A stretch of 64,000 nucleotides of DNA from the human T2T-CHM13v2.0 reference genome, Homo sapiens: the NCBI RefSeq assembly GCF_009914755.1, contig NC_060947.1; one strand, given 5' to 3'. Below, in pieces: positions 44,745 to 56,449 of this stretch; the stretch's first letter is position 1, and every line of letters begins with the position of its first letter. Below the pieces are notes generated by a model that worked only from the letters and a program-made list of their open reading frames with translations, made no database searches and was not told where the DNA came from. The position numbers and the translations under genes were made by a program.

Positions 44745-45493
44745 AGAAATGCAAATCAAAACCACAGTGAGACACCATCTCATGCCAATCAGAATGGCAC
44801 TTATTAAAAAGTCAAGAAACAACAGATACTTGCAAGGTTGCAGAAAAAAAAGGAATGCTTTTGCACTGTTGGTGGGAATGTAAATTAGTTCCACCACTGT
44901 GGTAGACAGAGTGGTGATTCCTCAAAGATCTGGAAGCAGAAATACCATTTGACCCAGAAATCCCATTACTGGGTGTATAGTCAGAGGAATATAAATCATT
45001 CTATTATAAAGATACATGCACATGTATGTTCATTGCAGTGAAAAACAATAGCAAAGGCATGGAATCAACCCAAATTTCCATCAACATCACACTGGATAAA
45101 GAAAATGTGGTACATAGACACCATGGAATACTATGCAGCCATTAAAATTAACAAGATCATATACTTTGCAGGGACATGGATGGAGCTGGAAGCCATTATC
45201 CTCAGCAAACTAATGCAGGAACAGAAAACCAAACACAACGTGTTCTCACTTATAAGTGGGAGCGGAACAATGAGAACACATGGTGGTGGGGGGAACAACA
45301 CACACTGGTGTCTGTCTGGTAGAGGGCTGGGGGAGGGACAGCATCAGGAAGAATAGCTAATGGATGCTGGGCTTAATTCCTAGGTGATGGGTTGATCTGT
45401 GCAGCAAACCACCATGGCACATGTTTAACTATGTAACAAACCTGCACATCCTGCACATGTACCCTAGAACTTAAAATAAAAGTTGAAAAAAAA
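44745..45493 (+). mobile_element. L1PA/PB 3' end
   Basis: 'gaaatgcaaatcaaaaccacagtgagacaccatctc...aacctgcacatcctgcacatgtaccctagaacttaaaataaaa' plus A tail. Confidence 0.9.
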
Positions 45494-46244
45494 AGGTTTC
45501 AGGAAAGATCTTGTTTAATGCTTTGCTAAAATCCAAAGAAATGCGATTCTATTCCCATTTCCTGTTTCCTCTATCTATTAGCCTCATCAAAGAAGGAAAT
45601 TAGGTTAGTCTGACTCATTCTTAGTAAATACTGTCTCCCTTTAGTAATCTGAGTGTCTTAGAATTTTTATTAAATTGGCAAATATTTATTGACCTCTTAT
45701 TATAAGTCAAACATTCTTCTAGGGTCTGTTCTAGGGTCATCAGTAAACAAGACAAAATCTCTGCTCTTGTGGAGCTTATAATTGAGTTGTAGTATAGCAC
45801 AATGCTTATGAGCCTGGACCTAAATCCTGAAATCACCACTGGCTAACATATGTGGTTGTGAATAAAATAGTTAATCTCTCAGCCTTTGTTTCTTCACCTA
45901 TAAAATGGGGAGATTAAGGATTATTGTCAGGAGGTTATTATTAAGATGAAAAGAGTTAATATATATAAAGTGCTTAGAACAATGCCAGGTACATGATAAG
46001 AGCTTAATAAATGTTACTTATTATTCTGGTTTGTGTGCGGGGAGGAAACAAGTCAATAAACAAGAAAATATCAGTTAGTGACGTGCAGTGGAGATAATTA
46101 AAATTGGAATATTTGAAAGCAACTAAATGTGTAATTACTTTAGATTGGGTGACGTAATCTGAGAAAATGATGTTTGAGCTGAATTCTGAACATAAAAGAT
46201 TATTCATGTGAGGGTCCTGGCAAAGTACACTCCAGATGGAACAG

Positions 46245-46432
46245 CTATGGCCCTTGAGCCAAATCTGGTTCACAGCCTGTTTTTGAAAATAAAGTTTCAT
46301 TGTTTATGTATTGTCTATGGCTGCTTTTGCACTCAACAGCAGAGCTAAGTAGTTGGGCCAGAGATCATATGGCCCACAAAATCAAAAATATTTACCATTG
46401 GCTTATTACAGAAAAAGTGTGCTGATCCCTGC
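46245..46432. mobile_element. MER58A-like MITE
   Basis: 'ctatggccc...ccaaatctgg...gcctgtttttgaaaataaagttt...tggcccacaaa...aaaatatttac...gctgatccctg'. Confidence 0.75.
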
Positions 46433-47032
46433 TCTATGTAAAGAGAACAGCAAATGCAAAATCCTTAGGCAAGGATGAGCACAGAGGGATCAAGGAAGAG
46501 GAAGAAGCCCTGGAATGGGTAAGAGGAAGAGTGGTATGAATCTTGTCTCAAATCAACATTAAGCCCACTGCACTGGTCTTTAGTTTGTAGAATCCACCCT
46601 TCCCCTTTTGAAAGCTGGTCATTTGTAGTCTTTGGGGATCTGATACTGATACTTCTCCCAGTTGCATATTTCCCCAGAAATCACTGACAGGGATTCATCA
46701 GTATTATGTACAGGTTCTCAGTGGCCTAGGGGTAATTCATTCAGGCCAGAATATTTGAACTAATTTAGAGCAATGCTGATAACTAACTGTAAGCCAATAT
46801 CCTCCTAAAAGGTTATTAATTGAATGCACTATCTCCAATTGTTGCCTTGCTGTAAACTTGAATTCCCTCCATCTCATCTCATGGACATCTTTGAGTTGGA
46901 ATTTATTGCCACGAATCTTAAGTTCACTTTGATTAATATCCATAATATAGACACACACATGCACACATGCAAACACACACACACACATACATACATACAC
47001 ACACATCTCCATCTTTATATTATATATCTAGA

Positions 47033-47338
47033 CAGTGTTTCCAGAACTATAGTTTGAGAGACACTACTGACCGGTGAGATATTAATAAGTGAGTAGAACA
47101 TAAATGTTCCTTGGTCAAATATGTTTGGGAAATGCTAAACAAACCTAAAATGCTTTTTATTTCTGACAGGACTCCTTGGAGCCTTAATATGCGAATGTGT
47201 ATCGTGAGTCTCCAAGAGAAAGATTCAGTCTGCAGCATTCCCTAAACATGTTAGATCAAGTCATTTTTTTTCCCTCAGAACACCAGTTAATATCTTGAGG
47301 GACTCTAGTGTTTCTTGAGTAAGTTTGTCAATTGCTGG
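47033..47338. mobile_element. hAT-Charlie MITE (MER103-like)
   Basis: 'cagtgtttcc...ggtcaaatatgtttgggaaatgct...ttaatatgcgaatgtg...tctccaagag...gcagcattccctaaac'. Confidence 0.6.
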
Positions 47339-47524
47339 CATATAGGCAGTTGAGGCCCTGAGTAATGTGTCTGGCCTCCCAGCATGAACCTGCTGTAAAT
47401 GCACTAGTTCTGCCAAAAGGACATCTCCGAGTGTGATATTTTTATTGCAGATTGAAGATTGGTGTAAGTCTATGTCAGGGTTGTGAAAGTCATCTCTGAA
47501 CCATACGTTTCCCTCTGTTTACTG

Positions 47525-48670
47525 CTGTTCATCCAGCAAATATCAGCACCTACTATGAGCCAGGTACTGTTTTAGGTGTTGGAGATATACCAGTGATAGA
47601 GACAGACAAGGTTCTTGCTCTCATGATATGTATATTTAGTGTGTGTGTGTGTGTGCATGTGCACACGTGCATGGGCACACATACAATAATTTTAGCTAGT
47701 GATAAGTGATCTGTAGGAAAGGAATGGAGTGCTATATTAGAGAATAATGCAGAAGGGTTACTTTATATAGGGTGGTTAGGGAAGGCTTCTCTGAGAAGGC
47801 GATGTATATAACCTGAGAGAATGCACTACATAGCCATGAGAAGATTAGAAGGAAGAGCACTCCAGCAGAAGGAAAAGAACATGTAAAGTTCTTGGGGTAG
47901 CCAGGATCATGACAAGATTCAAGGGATGTTAGAAGGCTAGTGTTTGGATTGTAGTGAGCAAGGGTGAGAGTGGAATAGGATGAGTTCAGAGACGAAGGCA
48001 AGGACCAGCTAATGCCTGGTCTTATAGACCACATTAAATAATTTGAATTTTACTCTAACTGCAGTGAGAAGAGACTGAAGGGTTTCAAACAGGGGATGAG
48101 GATAAAATGTTCAGATTTCCATTTGAAAAGATTACTTTGGCTGCATTACTGATTGGAAGTGGAAGTGGAGAGACCAAAATAAGACTCGATGATGGATTGG
48201 ATGTTGGACACTGGGGAGAGCAAGGTGTCAAGGACAACTTCCCAGTATCTGGCTTACACAGTTGGATGGTGCCATTTACTGAAATGGGGAGGAATAGAAA
48301 CCAAGAGTTCTGTTTTGGTTGCATTAAGTTAGTACTGTCTGTATGATAGTCAGGTGGAGATGTAAAATAGGTAGATATGCAAGTCTGGACCCAAAGGGAG
48401 AAATCTGAGCTAAAAAGGTAAAATTTGGATCCATAAGCTTATGGATTATACTTAAAACCATGGGACTAGAGGAGGTCACCTAGGAAGTGAGTGTAGATGG
48501 AGAAGAGAGTCAAGGACTAAGCCCTGAGGCACATTAACCTTCAGGGGTACAATAGAAGAGCAGGAGGAGGAATCAACAGAACCAGAGGAATAGGCAGTGA
48601 GATGAGAGGAAAACCAGCAGGATGTAGAATCATGAAAGCCAGACTCTAAGTGACCAGGTGCTGCTGGTTA
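47525..48670 (-). mobile_element. L2 fragment(s)
   Basis: 'agcacctactatgagccaggtactgtttt', 'gggaaggcttctctgag', 'ggatggtgccatttactgaaatggg'. Confidence 0.7.
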
Positions 48671-48852
48671 AGAAGGCATGGCCAGCAGTAAGGTTTAGGT
48701 TGATGACACATTAAAACTCCAGAATAATGTTTACCAATGTAATATAGTTATCCAACATACATGTTTATTGTAACAAACATAATTCAGGTACGTTCAAAAT
48801 AGATAAAGGCAATAGCAAAATATAGATCAAAGAAGACTAAAAAATAGCAGGG

Positions 48853-51157
48853 TGATATGGTTTGAATTTGTGGCCCCACCAAATCTCATGTCGAAATGTA
48901 ATCCGCAGTGTTGGAGGTGGAGCCTGGTGGGAGGTGATTGGATAAAGAGGGTGGATCCTTCATGAATAGTTTAGCACCATCTCCTCCATTGTACTGTCCT
49001 CACAATAGTGAGCTCTCGTGAAATCTGGTCCTTTAAAAGTGTATGGCACTTCCCTGTTTGCTCTCTCTTCCTTCTGCTCCCACCATATGAGATGTCTGTT
49101 TTCCCCAGTCTTAGGTATTTCTTTATAGCAATGCAACAATGGCCTAATACAGAAAGTTGGTAACAAAGAGTGGGGCATTTCAACAAAGACACCTGAAAAT
49201 ATGGAAGAGACTTTGGAACTGGGTAACAGGAAGAGGTTGGAAGACTGTGGAGGGCTGAGTAGAAGACAGGAAGATGAGGGAAAATTTGGAACTTCCTAGA
49301 GACTTGTTGAATGGTTGTGACCCAAATGCTGATAGTGATATGGACAGAAGTGGCCAGTCTGGTGAGGTCTCAGATGGAGATGAAGAACTTATTGGGAACT
49401 AGAGCAAAGATCACTTTTGTTATGCCTCAGCAAAGCAATTGACTGTATTGCGCTCCTGCCCTAGGGATCTGTGGAACTTTGAACTTGAAAGAGATGATTT
49501 AGGGTATCTGGCAGAAGAAATTTCTAAGGAGCTAAGTGTTCAAGATGTGGCCTGGCTGCCTCTAACAACCAGCAAATAAATGACCTGGAACTGGAACTTA
49601 TATTTAAAAGGGAAGCAGAGCATAAAAGTTTGGAAAATTTGCAGCCTGGCCATGTGGTAGAAAAGAAAAACCCATTTCCAAGAGCAGAATTCAAGCAAGC
49701 TGCAGAAATTTGCATAACTAAAAAAAAGGCAACTGCCCCTAGCCAAGATAAAGGGAAGAAGGCCTTGAAGTTATTTCAGAGAACTTAACAGCAGTCACTC
49801 CCATCACAGGCCCAGAGGCCTAGGAGGACTAAATGGTTTCCTGGGCCAGGGCCAGGGCCCCTGCTGCCCTGCACAGCCTTGGGACCCTGCTCCCTGCATC
49901 TTAGCTGCTCCATCTCCAGCTGTGGCTCAGAGGGGCCCAAGTACAGCTCAGGTCACTCCTTCAGAGGGTGCAAGCTGTAAGCCCTGGTGGCTTCCACATG
50001 GTGTTAAGCTTGTGGTGCACAGAATGCAAGAGTTGAGGCTTGGGCACCTCTCCCTAGATTTCAGAGGCTGTATGAAAAAGCCTAGATGTCCAGGCAGAAG
50101 CATGATACAGAGGCAGAGCCCTCATGGAAAACTTCTCCTAGGGCAGTGAAATGTGGGGTTGGATCTCCAACACAGATTCCCCACTGGGGTACTCCCTAAT
50201 GGAGCTGTGAGAACAGGGCCATGATCCCCCAGCCCCCAGAATCATAGATTCACTGACAGCTTGCACCCTGTTCCTGGAAAAGCCGCAGGCACTCAATGCC
50301 AACCCTTGAGAGAAGTCACGGGGACTGAACCCTGCAAAGCCACAGGGGTGGGGCTGCCCAAGGCCTTGGAAGCCCACCCCTTGCATCAGTGTGCACTGGA
50401 TGTAAGATGTAGAGTCCAAGGTGATTATTTTGGAGCTTCAAGATTTAATGAGAACCCTGCTGGGAGCCTGTAGCCCCTTTCTTTTGACTAATTTTTCCCT
50501 TTTGGAATGGGAGCATTTACCCAATGCTTGTAACCCTATTGTATCTTGGAAGTAACTAGTTTTCGATTTTACAGGCTCATAGGTGAAAGGGACTAGCCTT
50601 ATCCCAGATGAGACTTTGGACTTTGGACTTCTGAGTAAATGCTGGAATGAGTTAAGACTTTGGGGGGCTGTTGGGAAGGCATAATTGATTGCATTTTGTA
50701 ATGTGAGAAGGACATGAGATTTGGGTAGGGCCAGGGGCAGAATGATACAGTTTGAATCTGTGCCCCACTCAAATCTTGTATCAAATTGTAATCCCCAATG
50801 TTGGCAGTGGGGCCTGGTAAAGGGTGATTGGATTATGGGAGTGGATCCTTCATGAATACTTTATCACCATCCCTTGCATTGTACTGCCCTCACGATAATG
50901 AGTTCTCATGAGACCTGGTGCTTTAAAAGTGTGCAGTACCTCCCTCTTCACTCTGTCTTCCTCCTGCTTCCAACCATGTGAGATGCCTCTCTTCCCTTTT
51001 GCCTTTTGCCATGATTGTAAGTTTTCTGAGGCCAAGCAGATGTCAGCATCATGCTTCCTGTACAGCCTGTGGAACTGTAGCCAATTAAACCTCTTTTCTT
51101 TATAAATTACCCAGTCTTGGGTATTTCTTTGTAGCAATGCCAAAATAGCCTAATACA
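48853..51157 (+). mobile_element. Complete MaLR provirus (MSTA-type): 5' LTR 48853-49151, internal 49152-50742, 3' LTR 50743-51157
   Basis: Both LTRs start TGATA.. and end ..CTAATACA; perfect 5-bp TSD CAGGG (48848-48852 and 51158-51162); polypurine tract before the 3' LTR. Confidence 0.9.
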
Positions 51158-51315
51158 CAGGGGCATGCCATTTCTTCATACTGGGGACATATTTATTTTA
51201 AACCACTCTCTCTTAAGCAGCCTGTAGGGCTTGTTCACAACTAGTTTTAGGACAATGTCCTATTGATGAGTCCATGGCAAGAGTGCTTCTCTTCTCACCA
51301 TCCTGTTAAAAGCCC

Positions 51316-51471
51316 CTGGTTAGAAAAGCCTTTGGTCAACCTCTGGATTTCAGACAACTAGCTTCTTCTTTTGAGAGCAGTATGAAGGTCCCCTTCTGCA
51401 GAATCTCTTACACAACAAAACCATCCTCTGTGGTTTTCCTTCTGGAACAGTCTGGGCTCTGTGCTGCTCTC
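51316..51471 (+). repeat. Donor copy of a local 156-bp duplication (second copy 52853-53009)
   Basis: Direct comparison: near-identical, 3 substitutions and 1 indel. Confidence 0.95.
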
Positions 51472-52616
51472 TGTAGAAAGTATCTGGAGCCATTCCTCCA
51501 ACACCCTCCCAACAGTCTTAGCAGGAAAAAGCAGCCCATGAGCTGTCCCTTTCATACTGTAGGTCTGTGGTCCAATTAGCTTGCTTCAGATTAATTCAGT
51601 TAAAACACCTCAAGCTGAATCTGTCGAATGTCTTTTTTTTTTTTCCATGGGCCAGATTTATTTTGTTAATAGGATCAACATATATTATATACAAAGGTAA
51701 CCATTAAATAATTATAAACAAATAATTTCATGACATATTCCCAGCCAATTTTGCATCTCCTGCCAGATACAAAACATTTACTTTTCATAAATTTACAGTG
51801 AGCAATTTGATAAAACCAGTGAAAGTGGGGATATTTTCAAAGCAGCTGCTTATGTGATGTGATTAGCAAAATCTCCCCTCCCCACCCCATCATCCCCACC
51901 CACACACGCTATTAGTCATTCCTTTGAATTAATACATTGAAGGCCTGTGTTAAAATTAAAATATTATCTACTAATAGGGAGACAAATGAAGCTATTAAGA
52001 GTTAGCTAAAATTGGTTGATTGAATTCCTTAATCATTCAGCGAGGTCTTTTGTGAAAAGGAGCCAGAAGCAGTTAAGTTTTGACAAGGGAAAGGAAATGT
52101 CCAGAACATGGGCTGATGCTTGGAGAGGGAAGATGGGGTTTGGGAGCTTAGTATAGAGCTCTGGTAAGCCAGAGACTAGCTTGAAAGCATTGGCAGCTCA
52201 GGTGAAAGGGAGACTGCAAACAAGTGAAGGCTAAGATGATTTCTAATGGATGGTAAAGGTCATTAAAAGCAAATCTTTACTGCCTGTTTTGCTAAGAGCT
52301 AGCTTGCTTTGTTCAGGTATGTCCATAATGAAAGAGATCACTTCTTCATATTTTTAGAAAACTCTCCAGCTCTCTGTGGGGATCACACAAAGTGAGATTG
52401 AAGAATTTTTAGAGATCAGTTGACTTCTGACTCAACTTTGGGTTCAACTTCTTTTTGGAGACATACCTTAAAATTTTTTTTTTCAAACTACAAAAGAAAA
52501 TGTCATTGCAGAATATTCAAACAGTTATAAAATAAGTAGAATCAAAATGGAAACATCCTTTCAAACACCCACCCCAATTCCAGGCCCACACTGTTTACAG
52601 GATGCTCCTTACAGGT

Positions 52617-53057
52617 TCTTTTCTTTTCTTTTTTTGAGGCAGAATCTCACTCTCTTGCCCAGGCTGGAGTGCAATGGTGCAATGGTTGTGATCTCAGCTC
52701 ACTACAACCTCCGTCTCCCGGGTTCAAATGATTCTCGTGCCTCAGCCTCCCAAATAGCTGGCATTATAGGTGCCCACCACCATGCCCAGTTAGTTTTTGT
52801 ATTTTTAGTAGAGACAAAGTTTCGCTCTGTTGGCCAGGCTGGTCTGGAACTTCTGGTTAGAAAAGCCTTTGGTCAACCTCTGGATTTCAGACAACTAGCT
52901 TCTTCTTTTGAGAGCAGCATGAAGGTCCCCTTCTGCAGAATCTCTTACACAACAAAACCATCCTTCTGTGGTTTTCCTTCTGGAACAGAATGGGCTCTGT
53001 GCTGCTCTCAGCCTCCCAAAGTGCTGGGATTACAGGAGTGAGCCACCGTGCCCAGCC
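52617..53057 (-). mobile_element. Alu carrying a 157-bp non-Alu insert
   Basis: Reverse Alu with TSD ccttacaggttcttttct on both sides; insert at 52853-53009. Confidence 0.92.
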
Positions 53058-53141
53058 CCTTACAGGTTCTTTTCTATGCATTTGCCAGCATATAGATATG
53101 TCTGTTTTCTTTTTTTAATTTTTTGTTTTTTGTAAAAGTAA

Positions 53142-53327
<186 letters not shown>

Positions 53328-53363
53328 TGATTTGTTTTATGGTGGTAAATATACATAAAATAA

Positions 53364-53663
<300 letters not shown>

Positions 53664-54259
53664 AAGATTTGCCATTTTAACCATCTTTGAGTGCAAAATT
53701 CAGTGGCATTAAGTACATTCACAATGTTGCATAACACTATTTTCAGAATTTTTTCATCATCCCAAACAGAAATTCTGTATTCTTTAAATAATAATTCCTC
53801 ATTTCCTCTCCCTTCAGTTCCTGGTAACCTCCACTTTACTTTCTGTCTCTAGGCTCCTTGCTCGTAATTGTTTTTGAAAAGGTAATACATGAATATTATA
53901 AAAAACTTAAACAATACAAAAGAGCATATGCAATGTTAAATACTTCCTCCTATGCTTGACCCCCAGGCAACCAGTGTAACCAGTTTCTTAGGTATCTTTC
54001 AGAAGAGTCTATGCTCATACAAGCATTCATAGACATATACCTGCCTGCTTCTGTATGCGAATAGTAGGAAATCATACACAGTTCTGCACTTTGCTTTTTT
54101 CATTTCATAATATCTGAGATTGTTTTATATATATATATATATATATGTATTATCATACAAATGCATATATGTAATTATTTTAATGACTACATATCTTATT
54201 TATCCCCTCTTCTATCAGGCTGGATTCAGCAGACTTCTGACTCATTAACTTTTAAAAAA

Positions 54260-55113
54260 ATAATTTTTTGTGCCAAAAACCACATAACATAAACTTCATC
54301 CTTCCAACAATTTTCAAGTGTACAGTACAATATTGTCAACCACATGCATATTGTTGTGCAACAGATCCCCAGAACATCCCCCTCATCCTGCATGACTGAA
54401 ATTCCACACCCACTGAACAACTCTTTCCTTTTCCCTCCTCGCAGTCCCTGACAACCAGCATTCTACTTTCTGTTTCTATGAGTTGACTATTTTAGACAGT
54501 CATATAAGTAGAATCATGGAATATTTGTCTTTTTGTGACTGGCTTATTTCACTTAGCATAATGTCCTCAAGGTTCATCAACTTTGTAACATGTGACAGGA
54601 TTTCCTTCTTTTTTTGAAACTGAATAATATGCCCTTGTGTATATATACCATATTTTCTTTATCTATTCATCTCTTGATGGACATTAAATTTGCTTCTGCC
54701 TCTTGAATGATGCTGCTGTAAGCGTGGGTTTGCCAGTATCTTTTTGAGATCCTGTTTTCTATTTGCTTGGATATATATCTAGAAGTAAGATTGTTTAATC
54801 ATATAGTAGTTCTATTTTTAATTTTTTGAGGAACCTCCATACTATTTTCCATAGCAGCTACACCAGTTTACATTCCCTTGCATAGTGGCTGTACCTTTTT
54901 ACAATAGTGTGCAAGGGTTCCAATCTCTCCACAACCTTAACACTTATTATTTTCTGTTCTAATTTTATTTTTTGTAGAGACACGTTCTATTCATGTTACC
55001 CAGGCTGATCTCTAACTGCTGGTCTCAAGTGACTCTCTTGCCTCAGCATCCCCTCCTGAGTAGCTGGGATTACAAGTGTGAACCACACCTTGCCGTATTT
55101 TCCTGTGTGTTTG

Positions 55114-55153
<40 letters not shown>

Positions 55154-55505
55154 CCATCCTAATGGATGTGAAGTGATATTTCATTGGGGTTTGATTTGCA
55201 TTTCCCTAACAATTAGTGATGTGGATCATCTTTGCATATGCCTGTTGGCCACTTGTATATCTTCGTTGGAGAAATGTCTATTCAAGTCTTTTGTCCACTT
55301 TTAAGAGTTTTTTTTTTAATTGAGCTATAGAAGTTCTTTATACATTCTGGATATTAGCACATTATCCGATATATGGTTTGCAAATATTTTCTATCATTTT
55401 GTAGGTTGCTTTTTCACTCTGTTGATTGTGTCCTTTCCTGTGCAGATGTTTGAAAGTTTTATGGTCCCATTTACCTATTTTTGCTTTTGTTGCCTGTGCT
55501 TTAAG
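54260..55505 (-). mobile_element. L1MB-type 3' region, interrupted by an Alu fragment and (TG)n
   Basis: 'ttttcaagtgtacagtac', 'tttttgtgactggcttatttcacttagcataatgtcctcaaggttcatc', 'ggagaaatgtctattcaagtc'. Confidence 0.85.
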
Positions 55506-55859
55506 TGTGACTCACTAACTTTTACTTCTCTTAGGGGCCAGACTTTCATCAGGAGAGCCTGGTTGTGACTTTTGTCTTGGTTTCCACCTCAGTGCTCTCT
55601 AGCACATTGTTTAACAGGAGTGTTGACTGATTACTATTGGTTCCCTGAAGGGATATACCAAGAGATACCTCAATTTTTCTGGACTTGTTCCTATGCACAA
55701 TGATGGGAGGCGTGTGTGTGTGTGTGCTGGGGTGAGTCTTCCCATTTTCTCATTTCTTTCCCCTTCTTCTCCCTTTTTGCCCCAAGTTAGAAACAGAGTC
55801 TCTTATGGGGCTTCCTGCTCTTTCCCTCTCCCATCCACCTTTTGAGTCGGGTGGTGGTC

Positions 55860-55940
55860 TCTGAGCCAATGACAGGTCAGCAAACAGGCTGATTCCAGAC
55901 CAATGGGAGGATGCTGGATTCCAAATGGACCAATTAGCTT
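55860..55940 (+). promoter_or_regulatory. Three tandem CCAAT boxes upstream of MID2
   Basis: agCCAATg 55866, gaCCAATg 55900, gaCCAATt 55930. Confidence 0.6.
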
Positions 55941-56449
55941 ATTAGGGACCTGGAATAGCTGGATAGCTAGCATCTGCCTCATTGTCCATGTGGTAACGAC
56001 CCTCTTGTTTTACTGGTCAACAATTTGAAGGTACAAGAAAAATCCTACTTTTTTTTTTCTTTTGATGGTTTTAATCCACCTCCACAACTTCTGCCCGAGG
56101 CCAATAAAACACAGCCATTCTTTTTTTGTAAAAAGAAAGAGAGGTTCGGTTTCCTTCAATTGTCTGCCCTTTTCTATCTCCTCCACTATTTTTGTTTTAC
56201 TCTGTAGTTAACTTTGCATAGAGCAGCTTCATAGGGAGGATCTCTGCGGTGGACCCGGCTCTCTCTTCTTATTACCCGTTGCAAAGGCCTCTTTCTTGTT
56301 CTAACCTGGGGGTTTGTGGGGTTGGGGGACAGGGGGATTGGGGAGTGGGAGAAGAGTTTAGCCATAGCCTTCCTTCTGCATTTCACACACATTTAGCTAT
56401 CTCTGTCGCTCTGTCACACACACACACACGCACATACACACCATACACA

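Noticed and set aside
51358-51579. Short ORFs over the duplicated donor segment as a pseudogene
   Set aside because: All frames are short or interrupted and no homolog was recognised; a database search is needed.
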